The translations under genes and the position numbers were made by a program. Below, in pieces: positions 9,688 to 18,943 of a stretch of 64,000 nt of DNA (the stretch's first letter is position 1; every line of letters starts with the position of its first letter). The stretch is from an uncultured Candidatus Poseidoniales archaeon. Its GTDB lineage: Archaea > Thermoplasmatota > Poseidoniia > Poseidoniales > Thalassarchaeaceae. The notes beneath the pieces were generated by a model. That model had not been told where the DNA came from. It ran no database searches and saw only the letters and a program-made list of their open reading frames with translations. The stretch covers positions 62,557 to 126,556 of the forward strand of contig CAYFFQ010000002.1 in NCBI GenBank assembly GCA_964342465.1. The letters are read 5' to 3'.

Positions 9688-10221
9688 ATGACGAATGGAG
9701 GTCATGGAATGGGGAAGATTGACATTGGTGAACAACCGAGAGGGTCTTCACTGGAAGGCTGTTTTCCGGTCCGCGCACCAGTCTGGTGGGGAAGAAGAGG
9801 AGAAGTTCGCTGCGAAACAGGATTGGCAGGAGTTTCGGGTCGTTTCGTGGTTCTGCGTCACCGTAAGAACTTCAAAAGTATTGAAGGGTTTCTTGCTAGG
9901 ATACTCAGAGCGCCACACCATCTCTCTCGGCCACTGGATGAGATGAACTCTCTTCTTTGGGAATTGGCTGACGGTCATCGTACCTTTGAAGAGATAGTGA
10001 GGACAATGGATGAGGTCTTCGGCGAACAGGTGGCACCTGCGTTCGAGCGCTGCGAGGCGGCCTTGAAACAATTGGGTGAGAGGGGTTTCATTCTCTTTTC
10101 AAGGTGTGAGTTCGAGGATGCTTGGCTCACAGGCCCCGGTATCGACCCAGAGGGGGAGATAGAGGATGTTCAAGGAGTGGACATAGTGCCTATCGAGGGT
10201 GATATGGTCAATTGGGGATGA
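9688..10221 (+). CDS. PqqD-family (RiPP recognition element-like) domain protein, no partner enzyme in window; exact start uncertain
   Basis: Residues ..FPVRAPVWW..RFVVL..LDEMNSLLWELADGHRTFEEIVRTMDEVFGEQ...AALKQLGERGFI match the PqqD pattern (LNetaafiWelcDGkrTveeIv..l...f... e.Dv..fl..L.erGli). Confidence 0.45.
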   Translation: MTNGGHGMGKIDIGEQPRGSSLEGCFPVRAPVWWGRRGEVRCETGLAGVSGRFVVLRHRKNFKSIEGFLARILRAPHHLSRPLDEMNSLLWELADGHRTFEEIVRTMDEVFGEQVAPAFERCEAALKQLGERGFILFSRCEFEDAWLTGPGIDPEGEIEDVQGVDIVPIEGDMVNWG

Positions 10222-10319
10222 GCCACGCAACCGACCGTGCCAATAGGAGGAGACCACTTCAGAGGGATGCTCCCGAAGAGCCGTAGTCATTGATTGGGTC
10301 GGTTGTGGAGGTGACCTCT

Positions 10320-13300
10320 TCAGAGGGATGCGCCACATCGTGCGCAGGTTTTCTCTCCTTCTTGACATTCGCCATGGCTGTAGATACCACAATCATCGCA
10401 TTCGAGCCAACGGTCATCGGGGCCGAGGTTCTTGTTACAGTATGCACAGGCAACGACAGGAATTGATTGAGTGGCTTCAGTCTCTGTCGCCGAGCCTGCG
10501 GGCTCAGACGAATTCGTCTCAATCAGTGTTCCGCTATCTGTCGATTCTTCAACGCCCCTATCAACTCGTTCCGATTCAACTGTTTCATCGGCGGAATCAG
10601 GAGGTGGGATGCCATCTTGTGGCTCTATCGTATTCGCTGTTGCTTCAACACTGTCAGCTGCATCATCAGCACTCATCGGAGCACCGAGGGCAGCGAATGC
10701 AGCATCCTTGTCGAGCGGAGCGGTGGCCCCTGCTCTGTCACCTTCTCCACTTCCTGCATCTGTTGCTGCAGGTTGATGTTCGGTGACTCCGAGGCTTCCG
10801 AAGGCAGAATCCAAGGATGGAGTGTGGGATACGGGATGTTGATTGTGATGCGGCGGAGAAGTCTGCTGAATCGGTTGTGGGGCAACAGTCGGCTGCAGAT
10901 GTATGGCCGTATGAGGTGTCACCGACTGATGGGGAGATGGCATTTGCATCTGAGCCGAGTAGGCCTGCTGTTGGGCCTGCGCCGCCTGTTGACTCGCCCA
11001 CTCTGCGGCCTCGCGCTGTTGTTGGCGGCGTAGGTCTGCAATCTTCTCCTCACTCCACCCCGCAGCGCGGTACTGGTCGTCAGTAATTCCGCTCTGCTCC
11101 GCTGGTCCGACCACTGCATGTTGGGGTTGAGGCCAGCCGGATTGTGCAGACATGGTGTGCATGGGCGGATGATGTGGGGCGTGAGTTGGATGTTGTGGTA
11201 CTTGAACAATTGATGATTGAGGGGTGGGGTGCTGCTTCTGAGGCTGATTCGTATGCGAAACCGATACCGGTTCTTCATCCTCCTCATCGTCATATTCGTC
11301 GATGCTCCTCCGCTTCCTGTTGATGGCAATCACCATCACCCCAACAAAAATGAGGAATACCAATGCTGCCATGCCTATGATGAGGGGCAGATTCTGCTCC
11401 ACATCTCCGAAGGCGAAAAAGTAGCCACCGGGTTCCTCGACTGGTGTGGTGAATGATATCGCCGCAGTTGATGACCAGACACTTTGGTTTTCAACAAGTA
11501 TCGAGAAGGCGAGGGGGGTTGTTGAATCTCGACTCGGTGCGGTGAGTTCACAATCCCATGCAATCTGTCTGCCAGTAGGGTCGTTTGTCGAAGGCGCGAC
11601 CAACATCCAGCGGTGGTTATCACTCTCGATGTTGTTGCAGATGACCGACCATTCTTCACCGCCATAGACCTTCAACTCCATCTCCTCGGTGAATGAGGAA
11701 AAACTGGTGGCATTGACCTTGAACAACATCCTTCGTCCAGGTTCCACTTCCTCGCCGTTGGTCAGGGAATGGGAGAATTGCAATTCACGATGAGATGCGA
11801 CTGTCAGTGTCAGAGATTCATTGATGTCCTGCGAATTGCCTTGATTGTCGGGACTCGCTTCGACATTGACGGAGAATGTGACCTGAGTGCCTACAGGGAC
11901 ATCAAATGCCACACTTATCAACCACTCAAGATGCAATTCCTGTTGTGGTGGCAGAGGTGTATCCATCCATTGGTCGAGGTTAGTCACCTGCCCGCCATTG
12001 GAAAGTGTTGAGAAGATTCCTAGGTGCATACTGTCTGATGAGATTCTGATTCTCATGTCACCATCAACTGCATTACCATCGTTGATCAGTGTCAACTGAA
12101 CAAGATGAAGTGAGTCGGTCCTGACATCCAACTTCTCGGTATCAATCGTCAAGACAGGTCGCGTGACCCTCTCAGTATGCAGTGAGAAATCGTAGGAATT
12201 GTCGCTCTCATTCAGGTCGATTCCACTCTCCGGTGCGACAGAGACACTCAGGTCAACTTGAAGATTCGCTTCTTCACCACCGGGGGGTGTGAAGACAACT
12301 TGGAATTGAACGATGTGATTGCCCTCGTAGGATGGCGAGAGTGATATTGGGCCGAACTGCTCGCTGCCTCCGACTTCAATGTGATACATCCAAGTGGAGG
12401 GTATTCCATTCACGGTGACGGTTGCATAATCCGGTCCGTTCCCTCTGTTCTCCACTTCAAAGGTGACAGCCTCAGGAAAACCTGGGGTGACAAACTCATG
12501 TGTGGAGAGATTGCGTAGTACCAAGTCGTGCAACATGGTAACTCGTATCCCCCCGTATGGGTTGGCAAGTGCGGTTGAGCCGGAGAGAACTGAAGTGACT
12601 ATCGGAGTGAGAATCGGGGCTGGGTCGCCGGCCTGGGCGTTGCTCGGGGCGATGACTTCAACTTGCACCTTCGCCGCCTCACCCGACCTAATGACGAGGT
12701 TGGGGTTGCTAGCGACAGTGGCATTCCAACCTCGCAGGTTCGAATTATCAAGGGAGAAGGCGAAGGAATCCTGACTTGAAGCGTTGTTCCATACTGTGAA
12801 TGGAATTGTCAGGGAGTCACCGGGTTCCACCCACCAACCGCTTGCTGGGATATCAACGGGGTTGACGCCTACTCCGGCATTAGAAATCATAGATGCTGTG
12901 AGGTTGACACGAATGGTAGCAGTGACGCTGAGGTCTGCCTGTGAAGTGGCGGTTACATCGATGGAAGCGGTCTGTCCCGGCAGTGCGGTGTTTGGAATGT
13001 CTGCCTGTAGTTGCACGATTGCTGAACTTCCCGGTGGAATGGTCACAGTCGGGGGTTGGTTGTAGGAAATATCGAATGTCCAATTCGTCCACTGAACGAC
13101 CGGAGTGGCACTCACTGAAAACGTGTCAGAACCATCACCGATGTTGGTCAGGTTGATAGAGAATTCACAGGAGGTGCCTGGAAGGCAGTAGTGGGTCTGT
13201 GGAATCACATCCCACGCTGGAATGTAGTCAGGGTCGACGAGCGTGGTGATAGTGACACTCGCTCCTGTAGATGGTTCGAGAGTGGATGAGATGGATGCAG

Positions 13301-14654
13301 TGGCGGCGTGTGACCCCACGGTGGCGCTCGCTCCCGGTTTGATTTGCACTTTGAAACTGATGCTCTCCCCCGGGCCTAACTCTATGTCCATTGAAGGGAG
13401 TATCGTGGAGCCAGACATGTGAACGAACTGATAGTCCCAGTCTGCAGGCAATCCCGATACCGAGGGGCGATAGTAATCGGTGAGATTGCCATCGTTCTGG
13501 ACGGTCACTACATGGTCGGCCCAATGTCCTCTGCGGGCGTGGCCGTCCACACCTTTGCTCATGGAGACACCGAACTCTTCAGGCCATGCTTTCTCCTCGT
13601 AGAGAAGGACAACATCCTCAATCCAATATCCCGCTCCGTTGTCACTCGCATCTGAAATGAACCGGAACCTGAACTTGGTGGCGGAATTGAGCACAGAAGT
13701 GGGAATGTTGAATCCTGGCCGTTGGCTTCCACCCGGACGATTAAGTTCGTTTTGAATCAGCCAACTTGTGCCATCGGTCAGGTCGGCGTCGACGACACCA
13801 TCGAAGGAAAATCCATTGTTGACTGTGTTGACCCATGATGAAGTGGATCCATCCCACCACTCAATTCTGACGCCATCTCCATTACCAGCAGAACCGGTGT
13901 AGAAGAATCCGAGTTTGGCGTAGGTGTTCGGGTTATCGTGGGCGTTGGAGAAATCGAAATTGGGGGAGGTGAGGGAGCGGTCCCAACTGGCGCCATAGGA
14001 ACTGCTCGTACCTCCACTTCCCACATTGAAGGCAGAATTGACGAGGGAGACGGCAGAATCAGTCTGCCATCCGCTAGAGAAGGTCCAACCACCCTGAGTG
14101 TCACAGTTATCATACACTTGGCCGACGGCGAAGGATTTGCTCAACGCATCGTTGCCTCTATTGTCATCGTTGGCTATCAAAGTAGTAGCAACCAAGGTGT
14201 GATTGCCACCATATCTGGGTGAAACGGTTGCTGTTGCGGTTGTCGATGAACCACCTGAGATTGAGCCCACGTTGACCGTTTGGTTGTAGATCTCAAATCC
14301 ACTGTATTCGTTGTGCAGTATCACCAGACGCATGGTGAATGCACCACTCGCAGTCGTACCACTGTTCTGAACGGTGACGGATATCGTCGATGAGACATTG
14401 ACCATTGCATCTATCAGATAGAGGCTGACTGGACGATTAAATCCACCGTCGGACGGGTCGTGGCTCGACAAGAGACGATATGTTGTCTGGTCGGCGGAAT
14501 TGACATAGGTGATGTCAAAAGAGACCGGATGGACGTCGATTCCACTGGCAGCCTCAACAGGCTCGCTGATAGAGTCACTCTCTATCACTATAAGTGTCGA
14601 TGACAAGAAAATGAGGGCGAGCAGGATTGACCGGCTTCGGCTTGCAGTAAGCAT
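10320..14654 (-). CDS. Giant (1444 aa) cell-surface glycoprotein: signal peptide, a ~1000-aa extracellular domain rich in NxS/T sequons (CARDB/Ig-like), a single C-terminal TM helix, and a cytoplasmic P/Q/H-rich tail ending in a Cys4 zinc ribbon
   Basis: Start trimmed to ATG 14654 (MLTASRSRSILLALIFLSSTLIV is a signal peptide); the ORF track starts at TTG 14675. The TM segment is LPLIIGMAALVFLIFVGVMVIAI, followed by NRKRR. The C-terminus reads CAYCN...CDDCG...C..CARCG. Confidence 0.7.
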   Translation of the reverse strand: MLTASRSRSILLALIFLSSTLIVIESDSISEPVEAASGIDVHPVSFDITYVNSADQTTYRLLSSHDPSDGGFNRPVSLYLIDAMVNVSSTISVTVQNSGTTASGAFTMRLVILHNEYSGFEIYNQTVNVGSISGGSSTTATATVSPRYGGNHTLVATTLIANDDNRGNDALSKSFAVGQVYDNCDTQGGWTFSSGWQTDSAVSLVNSAFNVGSGGTSSSYGASWDRSLTSPNFDFSNAHDNPNTYAKLGFFYTGSAGNGDGVRIEWWDGSTSSWVNTVNNGFSFDGVVDADLTDGTSWLIQNELNRPGGSQRPGFNIPTSVLNSATKFRFRFISDASDNGAGYWIEDVVLLYEEKAWPEEFGVSMSKGVDGHARRGHWADHVVTVQNDGNLTDYYRPSVSGLPADWDYQFVHMSGSTILPSMDIELGPGESISFKVQIKPGASATVGSHAATASISSTLEPSTGASVTITTLVDPDYIPAWDVIPQTHYCLPGTSCEFSINLTNIGDGSDTFSVSATPVVQWTNWTFDISYNQPPTVTIPPGSSAIVQLQADIPNTALPGQTASIDVTATSQADLSVTATIRVNLTASMISNAGVGVNPVDIPASGWWVEPGDSLTIPFTVWNNASSQDSFAFSLDNSNLRGWNATVASNPNLVIRSGEAAKVQVEVIAPSNAQAGDPAPILTPIVTSVLSGSTALANPYGGIRVTMLHDLVLRNLSTHEFVTPGFPEAVTFEVENRGNGPDYATVTVNGIPSTWMYHIEVGGSEQFGPISLSPSYEGNHIVQFQVVFTPPGGEEANLQVDLSVSVAPESGIDLNESDNSYDFSLHTERVTRPVLTIDTEKLDVRTDSLHLVQLTLINDGNAVDGDMRIRISSDSMHLGIFSTLSNGGQVTNLDQWMDTPLPPQQELHLEWLISVAFDVPVGTQVTFSVNVEASPDNQGNSQDINESLTLTVASHRELQFSHSLTNGEEVEPGRRMLFKVNATSFSSFTEEMELKVYGGEEWSVICNNIESDNHRWMLVAPSTNDPTGRQIAWDCELTAPSRDSTTPLAFSILVENQSVWSSTAAISFTTPVEEPGGYFFAFGDVEQNLPLIIGMAALVFLIFVGVMVIAINRKRRSIDEYDDEEDEEPVSVSHTNQPQKQHPTPQSSIVQVPQHPTHAPHHPPMHTMSAQSGWPQPQHAVVGPAEQSGITDDQYRAAGWSEEKIADLRRQQQREAAEWASQQAAQAQQQAYSAQMQMPSPHQSVTPHTAIHLQPTVAPQPIQQTSPPHHNQHPVSHTPSLDSAFGSLGVTEHQPAATDAGSGEGDRAGATAPLDKDAAFAALGAPMSADDAADSVEATANTIEPQDGIPPPDSADETVESERVDRGVEESTDSGTLIETNSSEPAGSATETEATQSIPVVACAYCNKNLGPDDRWLECDDCGIYSHGECQEGEKTCARCGASL

Positions 14655-14864
14655 GTGTTCCGTTTCCAAACCCAATCATCATTATTTGAATGCGCCGGTC
14701 TTTAGACCGGTATTGCAATCTGAAGAAATCATGTGCCCTTTCACTTTCGGGAGAATCGTTGATGAGAAGTTGGTGGCATAGCCACTTGGATGCGGATAGC
14801 CGTACTCTCGGATGAATCCGTAATAGTGTCTGATGAGTCGAAGCGAGAAGGCTCAGTCAATACG

Positions 14865-15674
14865 TCACTCCTCAGAAACGGATGCCCTCTCCAACTCAAC
14901 TCTCTTCTCCCGCAGGTTGGCTGCGTAATAGATTCCCAACGGTAGCCCAAGTCCCATGACAAAGCAGGTCATCAGTGCTGTAAGTGACCAGACAGACTCG
15001 ACAAAAGGATTCAATTCAAACTGTTCGACTGTTGTCAAATCGTGCTTAACTGAAGTGAAGGTCAGTGACACACTACCGCGGTCTATAGGTTCGCTGTTGA
15101 CCAGTTCAATCGACCATGTCACGGTAGAGTTGGAAGATTTGAGAATCTCCTCTGACATCTCCGTCGCTGATTGCAAATCATCAGCCCTTACGGTTCCCTT
15201 TCCGGAGAGAGGTAATTCCTCATTGAGCAATCCTCTGAGGAGAACACTTCCTGACTCATCCAACTCCCTCTGATGATTGAAAGAATAACTACAGTGGTTC
15301 ACCATCTCAAAATCGGAATTTGGTTCCAAGCAGACAAATCGTTCCGCCGTTGCATCTCCGAGAGAGGGGTGAGACCACCAGCGACTTCCGCCACTGGTAA
15401 CACTCAGGATTGAGCCACTAGGTGCACCCTCCAGTGTAAAGTTGGTCCATGAGACAGACCCGCTGGTTGTTGCCAACCAAACTAGGGTGTCAGATGTGTC
15501 GTTTCCTGAATCGCTAAGAATGACGATTTCCTCTTTTAGGGTCGTCTCGTAAATGTAGTATTCACTGTCGAGAGAAGCAGAATATACCGCATATCCAAGT
15601 ACTAGAATCAGAGTAGTTGAAAGACCGAGCAAGGTCCGAAGAAGGTTGGGGTTGCGAGCAAGAGCCTTCTCCAT
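14865..15674 (-). CDS. Hypothetical bitopic membrane protein (N- and C-terminal TM helices, ~200-aa external domain)
   Basis: Hydrophobic stretches LLGLSTTLILVLGYAVY and LTALMTCFVMGLGLPLGIYY flank the domain. No recognisable family. Confidence 0.45.
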   Translation of the reverse strand: MEKALARNPNLLRTLLGLSTTLILVLGYAVYSASLDSEYYIYETTLKEEIVILSDSGNDTSDTLVWLATTSGSVSWTNFTLEGAPSGSILSVTSGGSRWWSHPSLGDATAERFVCLEPNSDFEMVNHCSYSFNHQRELDESGSVLLRGLLNEELPLSGKGTVRADDLQSATEMSEEILKSSNSTVTWSIELVNSEPIDRGSVSLTFTSVKHDLTTVEQFELNPFVESVWSLTALMTCFVMGLGLPLGIYYAANLREKRVELERASVSEE

Positions 15675-15873
15675 GAAGTGCCGACTGGTGAGGCCGGTTT
15701 GAAGTTGATGCTATTCACTCATGGCAGTTCGTACCCCCTCCCCACAATTTGCCGACACATTCTCGTCGAGTGGACGATGTGGCCAGCAATTCAGGCATAT
15801 CAGGAAAGTTAATCTCGATGAGAGGGTCTGTCGTCTTGCTGGAAGCAATCCCCCCGTAGGGGGGGCGGTTGCG

Positions 15874-15881
15874 TTAAATAT
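15874..15881 (+). promoter_or_regulatory. TATA-box-like element (TTAAATAT) ~36 nt upstream of the rps19e start, preceded by a C6-GTA-G7 hairpin at 15850-15865
   Basis: It resembles the archaeal TATA consensus and is placed appropriately for the S19e operon. Confidence 0.3.
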
Positions 15882-15916
15882 GGATGGTCGGTCGGCGGGA
15901 TACTCAGGTGTAGTAG

Positions 15917-16387
15917 ATGACAACCTATCACGATGTTCCAGCAAACTTGCTGCTGCCCCTCGTTGCCGAGAAGATGTCTGAGATGGAAGGTGTCTCACGG
16001 CCCGCATGGGCTGAACACGTGAAGACAGGAATTCACCGCGAGAGGGCCCCTACACAGGAGAATTGGTGGGAAATCAGAACCGCTGCGGTGTTGCGCAAGG
16101 TCGCCCTCAACGCGCCGGTGGGCGTCAACCATCTCGCTCAGATGTTCGGTGGCGCTCAGGACAGGGGCAGTTCACCGTCAAGAGCGAAGGCGGGTTCACG
16201 GCACATCATCCGCACGGTTCTACAGCAGTTGGAAACTGCTGGCCTTGTCGAAATCAAGACCAATCTAGCGGGAAATGTGAACCTCGGCAGGGGATTGACT
16301 CCGGCCGGCCAAAAACTGCTTGATGATGCGGCATTTGCTGTGAGGCCGGACGCAGAAGCCATTGCGCCGGGACTATCCAAGTATTGA
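15917..16387 (+). CDS. rps19e: 30S ribosomal protein S19e
   Basis: Matches DVPANLLLPLVAEKM...PAWAEHVKTGIHRERAP..ENWWEIRTAAVLRKV...GRGLTPAGQKLLD, all S19e family hallmarks. Confidence 0.9.
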   Translation: MTTYHDVPANLLLPLVAEKMSEMEGVSRPAWAEHVKTGIHRERAPTQENWWEIRTAAVLRKVALNAPVGVNHLAQMFGGAQDRGSSPSRAKAGSRHIIRTVLQQLETAGLVEIKTNLAGNVNLGRGLTPAGQKLLDDAAFAVRPDAEAIAPGLSKY

Positions 16388-16417
16388 TTCAAGTAGGTGG
16401 GGGCGGTGTCAGAGGCT

Positions 16418-16774
16418 ATGGTGGCGGAAGATTCCGAATTGGAGCGCCTCAGGGCGGCCCGTCGCGCCGAGATTCAACAGCAATACGAATCCGAGGTTGA
16501 AAAACAACTGGCCACCGAAGAGGCGCAAGCCACCGAGGCGCAGGAGTTGGAAGTACTCAACACCGCCATGCGAACCATACTGACACCAGAAGCAAGGCAG
16601 CGCCTCGCCACTCTTGAGATGACCCGCGGAGACGTTGTCCTTGCTGTCAAGAGACACCTCTTCAATCTCTTCAACCGCGGTCAGTTGGAAACTCCAGTAT
16701 CTGATGACATTCTGAAAGCAGTCCTGAGGAATCTGTCCGAATCAAAGCGGGAATCTTCGATACGAAGAATATGA
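16418..16774 (+). CDS. PDCD5/TFAR19-like dsDNA-binding protein (conserved archaeal neighbour of rps19e)
   Basis: A charged helical protein, ELERLRAARRAEIQQQ...LTPEARQRLATLEM. Its position between S19e and L39e is conserved in archaea. The ORF track starts at GTG 16397. ATG 16418 is preferred. Confidence 0.65.
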   Translation: MVAEDSELERLRAARRAEIQQQYESEVEKQLATEEAQATEAQELEVLNTAMRTILTPEARQRLATLEMTRGDVVLAVKRHLFNLFNRGQLETPVSDDILKAVLRNLSESKRESSIRRI

Positions 16775-16784
16775 GGTGAGATGA

Positions 16785-16940
16785 ATGGCAAGAAACAAAC
16801 CAGCACCGAAAAAGAAGCGTTTGAACAAGGTCACCAACAGAAACAGAAGAGTACCTGTCTGGGTCATGCAGCGCACAGGGCGCAACATGACCAGCCATCA
16901 GAAGAGGCACCACTGGCGAAGGAGCAAATTGCAGAGGTGA
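16785..16940 (+). CDS. rpl39e: 50S ribosomal protein L39e (below the ORF-track length cutoff)
   Basis: Translates to [59 protein letters not shown] box lies 5 nt upstream. Confidence 0.85.
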   Translation: MARNKPAPKKKRLNKVTNRNRRVPVWVMQRTGRNMTSHQKRHHWRRSKLQR

Positions 16941-16945
16941 TGTGA

Positions 16946-17233
16946 ATGGCTGAGAATCTTTACTACGGCTCGAGAAATTACACTGTTCCATTACGGGCAG
17001 CATGGGCGTGCCAGCGAACCAAGAGAGCAAAAAGAGCAATTGAAGTTCTCAAAAAGTTCATCTCCCAACACATGAGAGTGCAGGATGATGAGGAGATTTG
17101 GATTGACCAGGCGGTCAATGAGGTCATCTGGGAGAGGGGCATTGAGAAACCACCGCGCCGCATCCATGTCGTCGTCAACCGAGTAGAGGGAGACGAGAGA
17201 ATCGAAGTCGTATTGGACGAGGCAAAGTATTGA
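16946..17233 (+). CDS. rpl31e: 50S ribosomal protein L31e
   Basis: Matches the L31e family (YTVPLRAAW...KRAKRAIEVLKKFISQHMRV...IWIDQAVNEVIWERG). A GAGGTGA box lies upstream. Confidence 0.9.
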   Translation: MAENLYYGSRNYTVPLRAAWACQRTKRAKRAIEVLKKFISQHMRVQDDEEIWIDQAVNEVIWERGIEKPPRRIHVVVNRVEGDERIEVVLDEAKY

Positions 17234-17242
17234 GGTGAAAAC

Positions 17243-17455
17243 ATGGGGAACATCAGACCATCATTCGTGAAGATCCGCGCCATCAAACTATGTGAAGAAT
17301 ATCCGGACAAGTTCGGCGTCGATTTCGACGAGAACAAAAAATTGGTTGAACAATTCACTGACCTGCGAGACGAGGACGGAAATCTCGCAAACAAGAGAAT
17401 CCGTAACTGGATTGCAGGTTACATCACTCGCTACAAGCAGCGTCGTGTGGATTGA
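17243..17455 (+). CDS. rps17e: 30S ribosomal protein S17e
   Basis: [38 protein letters not shown]....[14 protein letters not shown] matches archaeal S17e. A GAGGTGA box lies 4 nt upstream. Confidence 0.85.
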   Translation: MGNIRPSFVKIRAIKLCEEYPDKFGVDFDENKKLVEQFTDLRDEDGNLANKRIRNWIAGYITRYKQRRVD

Positions 17456-17468
17456 GGTGAGAGGGCGC

Positions 17469-17696
17469 TTGTCCGTCCAGCCACTTGAGTTTGTTTGGTC
17501 TCACGAACCACCGTTTATCAGGCACCCTGACCTTAGGGTTGTGGAGATGTTGTTCAACTGGTTGGGCGAACAGGGTGTAACGAAGAGGAGCATCCCCATC
17601 CCCGACAGGGAGAGTGGTCAGTGGATATTGTTCATCTATCAACCCGTTGACCCCGTTGTTATTGAGGCGTGGCGACCAGATGATTCGGAGGAGTGA
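17469..17696 (+). CDS. Small hypothetical protein (~75 aa) between rps17e and the SPOUT methyltransferase
   Basis: An open frame with a GAGGTGA box at 17454-17460, then TTG 17469 (or GTG 17457). It ends 2 nt before the next gene. No recognisable family. Confidence 0.3.
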   Translation: MSVQPLEFVWSHEPPFIRHPDLRVVEMLFNWLGEQGVTKRSIPIPDRESGQWILFIYQPVDPVVIEAWRPDDSEE

Positions 17697-17698
17697 GT

Positions 17699-18493
17699 AT
17701 GGGGAAGAACCTGCCAATACCGCCCCCTGAGAGGTCTGCAGATTTTGTGGTCGTGCTCATTGAGCCGGAGAGTCAGGGAAATGTCGGTGCCGTTGCTCGC
17801 TCGATGAGAAATTTCGGATTCGGTGAACTGCGCATCATCGCTCGGAAGGGATATCGATTCGAGGATGAAGCACTCGCACGGTCTAAGCACGGCAAGAGTG
17901 TTTTGCTGGCGGCAGAGGTCTACTCAGATTGGCAATCCTGCATGGAAGACATATCATTGGTCATCGGCTCATCAGGTAAGAGAGAGTTGAATCAGAAGGT
18001 CTCTTTTCGTCATTTCATCATGCCTGAGGAACTGGCGGAGAGGACGACAGGTCTGACGGGGAAAATCGCCATCGTTTTCGGGCGCGAAGGAGTCGGAATG
18101 ACCACTGAGGAGTTACAACTGTGTGACATGTCTGTGACCATCCCCACTTGGGAGGGTTATCCCATCCTCAATCTCTCCCACGCCGTCACCATCATTCTCT
18201 ACGAGATGCACCGCGCTCTCATGCGAGTCGGACTAGGTCGGCAGGAGGGTTTGCCGAGGACAGTGAAGGAAGAGCGATTGTTGGACCCTCAACTTCGGAG
18301 GATGATTCACACTTACAGCGACGATTTGGCAGGTGTACTCAATGTGCAGGAGCACAAACGAAGAGGCATTGCTGAGACTCTCAAGCGAGTCATCATGCGG
18401 GGGATGCCCCTCGATGATGAGGCCCATCGCATTCTTGGAGTGATGAAGGAATCACGCGATGTGATGCGAGAACATTACGGAGAGGATGAGTAG
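17699..18493 (+). CDS. SPOUT-class RNA 2'-O-methyltransferase (TrmJ/TrmH-like)
   Basis: Shows the SpoU motifs VVLIEPESQGNVGAVARSMRNFG, IVFGREGVGM and LNLSHAVTIILYE. ATG 17699 is preferred over the ORF-track GTG 17693. Confidence 0.7.
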   Translation: MGKNLPIPPPERSADFVVVLIEPESQGNVGAVARSMRNFGFGELRIIARKGYRFEDEALARSKHGKSVLLAAEVYSDWQSCMEDISLVIGSSGKRELNQKVSFRHFIMPEELAERTTGLTGKIAIVFGREGVGMTTEELQLCDMSVTIPTWEGYPILNLSHAVTIILYEMHRALMRVGLGRQEGLPRTVKEERLLDPQLRRMIHTYSDDLAGVLNVQEHKRRGIAETLKRVIMRGMPLDDEAHRILGVMKESRDVMREHYGEDE

Positions 18494-18943
18494 TCAGGGG
18501 CGCCAGGTTGCCCACGATTTCGGGGTCTCTCTAACATGCATCGCCGCCAATCTAAGTCGATTCCCGTACGCTGTCTTGATGTGGGGCGCGACCTGTTGAT
18601 AGGCCCACTGCGCCAAGTTCTCGGCCGTTGGAATGAATGGAACAACCACGGTTCGATGTTCATTCCCCATCATGTTTAGGGCTTGGCGCGCCTCTTCATC
18701 TCCTTCGTAGACGATGAATGCATGGTCGACTATGTCATGTATCTTCTCGGTGAGGATTCTCGAAATGTCGGAGAAATCAATCAGCATTCCCTCCTCTGAG
18801 ACACCTGACTGGGTCACAACATCTCCCTCCACTTCCGCTTCCCACCGATACCTATGGCCGTGCATGTGGCGGCACTTACTCTTGTGGTTGGGCACTCGGT
18901 GACCGCTGTCACTTTCTACCCAGCGGCGGATGCTTGTAGTCAT
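18494..18943 (-). CDS. queD: 6-carboxy-5,6,7,8-tetrahydropterin synthase QueD
   Basis: PTPS-family motif CRHMHGHRY plus the E...H catalytic pattern. Its start overlaps the queC stop. Confidence 0.85.
   Translation of the reverse strand: MTTSIRRWVESDSGHRVPNHKSKCRHMHGHRYRWEAEVEGDVVTQSGVSEEGMLIDFSDISRILTEKIHDIVDHAFIVYEGDEEARQALNMMGNEHRTVVVPFIPTAENLAQWAYQQVAPHIKTAYGNRLRLAAMHVRETPKSWATWRP

Noticed and set aside
14695-14710. CCGGTC-TTTA-GACCGG hairpin between the 14865 gene and the giant surface-protein gene
   Set aside because: A short stem without an oligo-T tract. It could be a 5'-UTR structure or chance. Not enough evidence for a terminator call.
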